Assembly (NCBI GenBank): GCA_963725315.1
Contig: CAVRYA010000002.1
Span: 35,028 to 99,027, forward strand
Length of the DNA stretch: 64,000 bases
Direction: 5' to 3'
Origin: an uncultured Actinomycetes bacterium
GTDB taxonomy: Bacteria; Actinomycetota; Thermoleophilia; Solirubrobacterales; 70-9
Shown here: in pieces, positions 58,763 to 64,000 of the stretch
How the letters are laid out: each line of letters begins with the position of its first letter
How positions within the stretch are numbered: the stretch's first letter is position 1
The notes under the pieces: model-generated
The model's database searches: none
Told to the model about the DNA's origin: nothing
The model's input: only the letters and a program-made list of their open reading frames with translations
Translations under genes and position numbers: made by a program

Positions 58763-59030
58763 ACTCGCGCTGATCCCGATCCGCGCCTACCAGCGCTGGG
58801 TCTCGCCGGCAATGCCACGCCGCTGCCGCTACGAGCCGACCTGCTCCGCCTACGCGGTGGACTCGATCCGCCGCTTCGGCGTCGTTCGCGGCCTCCTGCT
58901 CGCCGGCTGGCGCCTGCTGCGCTGCAATCCCTTCAGCCGCGGCGGCTTCGACCCCGTCCCCTCGAGGTTCACTCTGCGAACGGGCCCGGTCGACCCGGCG
59001 GTCCACCATGGCGAGCTGGGAGCGAGATGA
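58755..59030 (+). CDS. yidD: Membrane protein insertion efficiency factor YidD
   Basis: GTG 58755 overlaps the rnpA stop as GTGA. IRAYQRWVSPAMPRRCRYEPTCSAYAVDSIRRFGVVRGLLLAGWRLLRCNPFSRGGFDPVP is the YidD signature. Confidence 0.88.
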   Translation: MKQLALIPIRAYQRWVSPAMPRRCRYEPTCSAYAVDSIRRFGVVRGLLLAGWRLLRCNPFSRGGFDPVPSRFTLRTGPVDPAVHHGELGAR

Positions 59031-59782
59031 CGCCGCTGATCGCCAACATCCTGCAGCCGCTGATCGACGTCGCGAACTCGGTTCTGCAGTTCTTCCACGA
59101 CGACGTCGGGCTGAGCTGGGGCGGCGCGATCATCGCGCTGACGGTCGTCACCAGGGCGTTGTTGATCCCGCTCACCTACAAGCAGCTAGTGGGGATGCGG
59201 GCGATGCAGGCGCTCCAGCCCCAGATCAAGGAGCTTCAGGCGAAGTACAAGAACGACCGCCAGCGCATGCAGCAGGAGATGATGAAGTTCTACCAGGAGA
59301 ACAACGTCAACCCGTTCGCCTCCTGCATCCCGCTGATCGCGCAGCTCCCCGTCTTCATCACCCTCTTCTACACCCTCCGCCACGAGCTCCCGGCGGACAT
59401 CGGATGCTCGGCCGGGCACTGCGGCGACCAGGCCTCCTTCCTGTTCATCCCTGACCTCACCGCCGCAGCGACCGGGTGGGTGCTCGGCGTACTCCTCGTC
59501 CTCTATGTCGGCACCCAGCTGATCTCCGGCCTGGTGATGTCGGTCACCGCCGACAAGAACCAGAAACGGATGATGATGGTCCTGCCGTTCGTCTTCGTCC
59601 CCTTCATCATCAGCTTCCCGGCCGGCCTCGTCCTCTACTGGATCACCACCAACGTCTGGACGATCGGCCAGCAGTACGTGATCCAGAGGGTGGTCCCCGC
59701 CCCGACGGTCCCCACCGGCGCGGCAGCGGCTGTGGCCAAGGCACCACCGCCTCCACCGAAGAAGAAGAAGAAACGCCGCTGA
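59027..59782 (+). CDS. yidC: Membrane protein insertase YidC (short, Oxa1-type)
   Basis: Intact 251-aa ORF with an ATGA overlap. AIIALTVVTRALLIPLTYKQLVGMRAMQALQPQIKELQAKYKNDRQRMQQEMMKFYQENNVNPFASCIPLIAQLPVF is the 60-kDa-IMP core. The C-terminal tail is basic (PPPPPKKKKKRR). Confidence 0.92.
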   Translation: MTPLIANILQPLIDVANSVLQFFHDDVGLSWGGAIIALTVVTRALLIPLTYKQLVGMRAMQALQPQIKELQAKYKNDRQRMQQEMMKFYQENNVNPFASCIPLIAQLPVFITLFYTLRHELPADIGCSAGHCGDQASFLFIPDLTAAATGWVLGVLLVLYVGTQLISGLVMSVTADKNQKRMMMVLPFVFVPFIISFPAGLVLYWITTNVWTIGQQYVIQRVVPAPTVPTGAAAAVAKAPPPPPKKKKKRR

Positions 59783-59805
59783 CGCGAAGTTGCCGGCGGG
59801 CGGGT

Positions 59806-59897
59806 CCTGTCACGGGATGGGACCCACCATTGCCTGCGCTCCACGGCGGGTGCTCGGCAATGGGTCCTCCCATCCCGTGCCACCCGCCCGAGACAGG
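59806..59897. repeat. Long imperfect inverted repeat (stem-loop) in the yidC-jag spacer
   Basis: CACGGGATGGGA (59811-59822) pairs perfectly with TCCCATCCCGTG (59868-59879). ATTGCC (59829-59834) pairs with GGCAAT (59856-59861). The outer pair is CCTGTC/GACAGG. Confidence 0.6.
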
Positions 59898-59958
59898 TCC
59901 AGATTCAGCGGAGCAGGGTTCCGCGCCCGGGCTTCCTCCCAGCGTTTAGGGTTCGGGC

Positions 59959-60441
59959 GTGGCGGAGAATGCCGACTGGCCGGAGGAGCCTGGCGAGCGA
60001 GTTCGGTTGCTCGTCGAGCGCGTCCTCGACGAGCTCGATCTCGACGGGGAGGTCGAAATCAGCGAGGACGAGGGCACGATCGTGGCCTCGGTGGAGGGCG
60101 CCGACGACTACGGTCTGCTGATCGGCCGCCGCGGCCAGACGATCGACGCCCTGCAGCTTCTCTGCTACCAGGCGGCGTTCCTGGGGATGAAGGAGCGCAA
60201 GCGGGTGATCGTCGACGCCGCGGGATACCGTGAGCGCCGCCGCGAGACCCTGATCGCCCGCGCCGACCGCGCCGCCGAGCAAGCGGAGTCGAGCGGCCGC
60301 CCGATGGAGATGGATCCGATGAGCTCCCAGGAGCGCCGCGTCGTCCACGAGCACCTGAAGGAGCGGGCGGGGATCGAGACATACAGCGAGGGAGACGAGC
60401 CCAACCGCTGCGTGATGGTGGCTCCGCTCCTCCCCGGGTGA
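59959..60441 (+). CDS. jag: KH plus R3H RNA-binding protein Jag/KhpB (short form)
   Basis: Intact 160-aa ORF with a GTG start. The KH-like segment LLIGRRGQTIDALQLL and the R3H segment MSSQERRVVHEHL are present. Its position between yidC and rsmG is conserved. Confidence 0.85.
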   Translation: MAENADWPEEPGERVRLLVERVLDELDLDGEVEISEDEGTIVASVEGADDYGLLIGRRGQTIDALQLLCYQAAFLGMKERKRVIVDAAGYRERRRETLIARADRAAEQAESSGRPMEMDPMSSQERRVVHEHLKERAGIETYSEGDEPNRCVMVAPLLPG

Positions 60442-61139
60442 GCCCGGACCTCCTCGGGCCGGCGGGCCGCGAAGCGATCGGGCGGGCGCTCGAGCTGCTG
60501 GCGGCGGAGCCGGCCTCTGTCAGCTCGGTGACCGATCCGGATCGGGCCTGGGAGGTGCACGTCGCCGACAGCCTGGCGGGGCTCGAGGTGGAGGAGCTGG
60601 CAGGTGCCGGGCGGATAGCCGACATCGGCTCTGGGGCAGGGTTTCCGGGGATCGTCCTCGCCGCCGCCCTGAGCTCCTCGCGGGTCGATTTGATCGAGTC
60701 GGTCGAGCGCAAATGCCGGTTCATGCGCCGCGCTGTGGCGGCGGCCGGGATCGCCAACGCCGAGGTGCTCTGCCGCCGCTCGGAGGAGCTGGCGGCTGCC
60801 GAGGAGCGGGAGGCCTACGACGCCGTCACGGCCCGCGCCGTCGGGCGGCTCTCCACCCTGGCCGAGCTGGCCTCGCCCCTGCTGCGGGAGGGCGGCGTGC
60901 TGGTCGCCTGGAAGGGCCGGCGCGATCCCGAGGAGGAGGCCGAGCTGGCCCGGGCGGCGGAGTCTCTCGCGATGCGCGCCGAGGCGGTGATCGCGGTCAC
61001 TCCCTTCGCCGCCAGCCGCCACCGGCACCTTCACGTCCTGCGCAAGGCCGGCCCGACGCCCGCGACCCTGCCGCGGCGCCCGGGCATGGCCAAGAAGCGC
61101 CCCGCGGGGGCCTCCGGCGCACGCCGACGCGCTGACTAA
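60438..61139 (+). CDS. rsmG: 16S rRNA (guanine527-N7)-methyltransferase RsmG (GidB)
   Basis: Intact 233-aa ORF with a GTGA overlap. HVADSLAGL...IADIGSGAGFPGIVLAAA...DAVTARAVGRLSTLAELASPLLREGGVLVAWKG are the GidB SAM-binding blocks. Confidence 0.9.
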   Translation: MSPDLLGPAGREAIGRALELLAAEPASVSSVTDPDRAWEVHVADSLAGLEVEELAGAGRIADIGSGAGFPGIVLAAALSSSRVDLIESVERKCRFMRRAVAAAGIANAEVLCRRSEELAAAEEREAYDAVTARAVGRLSTLAELASPLLREGGVLVAWKGRRDPEEEAELARAAESLAMRAEAVIAVTPFAASRHRHLHVLRKAGPTPATLPRRPGMAKKRPAGASGARRRAD

Positions 61140-61185
61140 GCTGGCGCGGGATGGCTTGCGACGGCGGCGAGGGCCGCGGATAGAG

Positions 61186-61944
61186 ATGGGGGCGGTCTAC
61201 GCGATAGCCAACCAGAAGGGCGGGGTCGGCAAGACGACGACCGCCGTCAACATCGCCGCCTGCGTCGCCGCCACCGGGCAGCAGACGCTGATCGTCGACC
61301 TCGACCCGCAGTGCAACGCGACGGTGGCGCTGGGCGGGGACAGGGAGGGAAAGCCCTCCTCGTATGACTGCCTGGTCGGTGAGGTCTCGGTTGCGGAGGC
61401 GGCCCGACCGGCGGGCCCCGACAACCTCTGGCTGGTCCCCGCCTCCAGGGACCTCGCCGGCGCCTCGGTCGAGCTGCCGCGTATCGAGGGCTCCGAGAGC
61501 CGGCTGCGGGGCCGGCTGGGGCCGGTCAGGGATCGCTTCGCCTACACGCTGCTCGACTGCCCGCCGTCGCTCGGCCCGATCACCGTCAACGCGCTCGCCG
61601 CCGCGGACCGGGTGATCGTCCCGGTTCAGGCCGAGTACCTGGCGCTCGAGGGCCTGGTCCAGTTCCTCGACACGCTGGCGCTGATCAGGCGTGAGCTGAA
61701 CCCGGCGCTGGAGCTGTCGGGTCTGCTGATCACCATGCACGATGAGCGCACCCGCCTCGCCCACGACGTCGAGCGCGAGCTGCGCGACCACTTCCCCGAA
61801 CTCGTCTTCCGAACCGTGATCCCGAGAAGCGTCAAGCTCGCCGAATCGCCCAGCTACGGCTCGCCGGTGATCGAGCACGCCCCCCGCTCGCGCGGCTCCA
61901 GCGCCTACCGCGAGCTGGCCAAGGAGGTGGCGGAGCGTGGCTGA
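61186..61944 (+). CDS. parA: Chromosome partitioning ATPase ParA/Soj
   Basis: From ATG 61186 the sequence reads MGAVYAIANQKGGVGKTTTAVNIAA, the deviant Walker A. LIVDLDPQCNAT...DCPPSLG follow. Confidence 0.92.
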   Translation: MGAVYAIANQKGGVGKTTTAVNIAACVAATGQQTLIVDLDPQCNATVALGGDREGKPSSYDCLVGEVSVAEAARPAGPDNLWLVPASRDLAGASVELPRIEGSESRLRGRLGPVRDRFAYTLLDCPPSLGPITVNALAAADRVIVPVQAEYLALEGLVQFLDTLALIRRELNPALELSGLLITMHDERTRLAHDVERELRDHFPELVFRTVIPRSVKLAESPSYGSPVIEHAPRSRGSSAYRELAKEVAERG

Positions 61945-62803
61945 GCGGCGCGGCATCGGCCGAGGGCTGGCGGCGATCCTCCCCGAGCCCGTCGCCGAGG
62001 AATCGGAGCTGCGCGAGCTGCCGGTCTCGCTGATCAAGCCCAACCCGAGCCAGCCGCGGACCAAGTTCGACCCCGACGCCCTGGCAGGCTTGGCCTCCTC
62101 GATCGAGGTCAGCGGCGTCGTGCAGCCGCTGCTTGTTCGCCCCCTCCCTGACGGCAGCTATGAGCTGATCGCCGGCGAGCGCCGCTGGCGGGCCGCCCAG
62201 CAGGCCGGGCTCGAGCGGGTGCCGGCGGTCGTCCGCGACTCCGGCGAGGCCGAGCGCCTGCAGACGGCGCTGATCGAGAACATGGTCCGTGAGGACCTCA
62301 ACCCGGTCGAGGAGGCGCGCGCCTGCGCCGCCCTGGTCGAGGACCTAGGGCTCTCCAAGGAGGATCTGGCCCGCCGGGTGGGGCGCAGCCGGCCGGCCGT
62401 CTCCAACCTGATCCGCCTCCTCGACCTGCCCGACGAGGCACTCGCCCTGCTCGAGTCCGGCGAGCTCAGCGAGGGCCACGGCCGCGCCGTGCTCTCGGTC
62501 CGCGGCAACGACCTCCGCCGCCGCCTGGCGCGCTCCGCCGCCAGCCATGGCTGGTCGGTGCGCGAGACCGAGAGGAGGGCCAAGCTGGCTGGCCAGCCAA
62601 AGACCCGGGGAGGGGGATCGGTCCGGGTCAGCGCCGAGGAGGCGGCGGCGATGGGGGAGGCCGCGGAGAGGCTCGAATCGGCCCTCGGTCACGAGGTCAA
62701 GCTGCGCCGGCGCTCGGGCGAGATCGTCGCCGAGATCCACTTCGACGAGCTTGATGAGGTCGAGGCGATGAGCCGCTCGATCAGCCGCCGCCGCGCCGCC
62801 TGA
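61937..62803 (+). CDS. parB: Chromosome partitioning protein ParB/Spo0J
   Basis: Intact 288-aa ORF with a GTG start overlapping the parA end. The arginine patch is LIAGERRWRAAQQAGL and the HTH is LSKEDLARRVGRSRPAVSNLIRLL. PNPSQPR is also present. Confidence 0.92.
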   Translation: MAERRGIGRGLAAILPEPVAEESELRELPVSLIKPNPSQPRTKFDPDALAGLASSIEVSGVVQPLLVRPLPDGSYELIAGERRWRAAQQAGLERVPAVVRDSGEAERLQTALIENMVREDLNPVEEARACAALVEDLGLSKEDLARRVGRSRPAVSNLIRLLDLPDEALALLESGELSEGHGRAVLSVRGNDLRRRLARSAASHGWSVRETERRAKLAGQPKTRGGGSVRVSAEEAAAMGEAAERLESALGHEVKLRRRSGEIVAEIHFDELDEVEAMSRSISRRRAA

Positions 62804-62851
62804 CGACCCCTTCGCCGCCCGCCGAGCCCTCGCTATCATCGCCCTGCTGCG

Positions 62852-62925
<74 letters not shown>

Positions 62926-62928
62926 CTC

Positions 62929-63582
62929 TCACCCGGGCGCCGTCCCCGAGCCCCAGAAGAACGGCCCGGAGGTGGCGTGAACGCTGACTCGCCAGCCGAG
63001 CTCGCGGAGCCGCTCCTGGAGCCCGCCGGGGGTGTGCGGCACCTTGACCGCCCGATGGCTTGTTCCGTCGCGAAGCCGCCGGCGGATCACGGAGGACGCC
63101 TCGCCCTCGATCAGCTCGTCGGGCGTCCTGTATGCGTCGTCGACGAAGAAGACCCGGCCGCCGGGCTTGAGGCAATCGGCGACAAGCTCCCAGAAGGTCT
63201 CGAATCGCTCCAGCGGGACGTGCGAGAGCCAAAAGCCGAAGAAGACCACGTCGAAGCGCCGATCCGGCCGCCAGGCGAAGATGTCTGCCTCGACGAAGCT
63301 GACGCCCTCCCCGACCTGGCTCGAAGCGATCTCCAGCATCTCAGGCGAGGCATCGACGGCGAGGACACTCTCGGCGTGCCGCTGCAACTGCGTGGTCCAC
63401 ATCCCGGGACCGCAGGCGAGCTCGAGCACATCGCCGCTCGCTCCGAACGCGTCCAGCGCCGCCTCCAGCTCCTCTCCCCCCGGCAGGTCCAGGGCCCCCT
63501 CTCCGTACTCGGGCGCCAGCGCTCGGTAGTAGGCGACCTGCTGGGAGAGCAGGTTCTGGATCTCTTCGGGGGAACGGTCCAT
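62929..63582 (-). CDS. Class I SAM-dependent methyltransferase
   Basis: From ATG 63582 the sequence reads MDRSPEEIQNLL... Motif I is VLELACGPGMWT, followed by VLAVDASPEML and FDVVFFGFWLSHV...LKPGGRVFFVD. Confidence 0.82.
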   Translation of the reverse strand: MDRSPEEIQNLLSQQVAYYRALAPEYGEGALDLPGGEELEAALDAFGASGDVLELACGPGMWTTQLQRHAESVLAVDASPEMLEIASSQVGEGVSFVEADIFAWRPDRRFDVVFFGFWLSHVPLERFETFWELVADCLKPGGRVFFVDDAYRTPDELIEGEASSVIRRRLRDGTSHRAVKVPHTPGGLQERLRELGWRVSVHATSGPFFWGSGTAPG

Positions 63583-63649
63583 CCGTCCCCCCGAAGGACA
63601 GCACAAACGGCGCCGGCGACTTCAGGAGCAGCCGGGCACACTACATTCC

Positions 63650-64000
63650 CTAGCCCAGCAGCTTTGCCTTCTGCGCAGCGAATTCGTCGTCGGTGAGCAG
63701 GCCCTGCGAGTGAAGATCAGCGAGCTGCTTGATCTGCTCCACGGTGTCCTGAACCCCCGCGGCAGCCGGCGCCTCCGGGGCGTTCATGCCGACGAAAGTT
63801 TCCGCGACATCACCGAAGTGCTGGCGCATCGTCGCCCGTCCCTGGTCGTCGGAGACGGTCGCGTACGCCCACAGGCTTGGGTCCTGTGCGTCGTACCAGA
63901 CGGGGTAGCGATCGCCCTGACGGGGGATCTCGACCCTCGAGACCGTGGTCGTCTTCTCGACGTCGAATGCCGACCCGCCGTCAATCGGCTCAACCCGGAA
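63650..64000 (-). CDS. SHOCT-domain protein, C-terminal fragment running off the right edge
   Basis: My own translation of the minus strand is open from 64000. It reads ...RYPVWYDAQDPSLWAY...VEQIKQLADLHSQGLLTDDEFAAQKAKLLG-stop, with TAG at 63652-63650. The last about 25 aa are the SHOCT short C-terminal domain. This ORF is absent from the track because no start lies inside the window. Confidence 0.7.
   Translation of the reverse strand, partial: FRVEPIDGGSAFDVEKTTTVSRVEIPRQGDRYPVWYDAQDPSLWAYATVSDDQGRATMRQHFGDVAETFVGMNAPEAPAAAGVQDTVEQIKQLADLHSQGLLTDDEFAAQKAKLLG

Overview
This is a high-G+C (about 70 % by eye) actinobacterial-type chromosomal window that spans the replication-origin neighbourhood.

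**Layout**
- **Right third:** rpmH-rnpA-yidD-yidC-jag-rsmG-parA-parB on the + strand diverges from dnaA-dnaN-recF-dciA-gyrB-gyrA on the - strand. The short dnaA-dnaN spacer carries co-oriented TGTGGAT DnaA boxes and is the candidate oriC.
- **Middle:** the actinobacterial cell-wall/signalling operon fhaA-fhaB-pstP-rodA-pbpA-pknB-ddl. It is preceded by an extra Ser/Thr kinase with a polytopic membrane C-terminus.
- **About 16.8-29.1 kb:** a surface-polysaccharide locus with a FemAB-like/GNAT pair, a phosphoglycosyl transferase, three glycosyltransferases, a Wzx-like flippase, a Wzy/O-antigen-ligase-like protein, a LytR_C protein and a PglF/CapD-like dehydratase. A translationally coupled DedA-UppP pair sits directly next to it.
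- **Left part:** housekeeping and accessory genes (gdh fragment, tRNA-Ala, double beta-propeller protein, phosphodiester glycosidase, hydrolases, transporters, metF). It also holds a visibly lower-G+C islet at about 5.6-7.2 kb with a minimal K+-channel-like gene.
- **RNA genes:** two tRNAs, Ala-CGC and Ile-GAT.
- **Not seen:** rRNA, CRISPR array, transposase, integrase or phage genes.

**Main caveat and main observation**
About thirty reading-frame disruptions interrupt otherwise clearly recognisable genes, including pknB, pbpA and uppP, which are usually indispensable. They cluster at about 8.3-17.6 kb and 30.6-38.5 kb. The 12 kb polysaccharide locus and the 25 kb origin region are clean. Several disruptions sit in G homopolymers, so consensus or assembly indel error is the leading explanation. 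I therefore call these loci frame-disrupted as assembled, not proven dead genes.

I did not find convincing evidence for a wholly new multi-gene system. The candidates worth a second look are in the findings.
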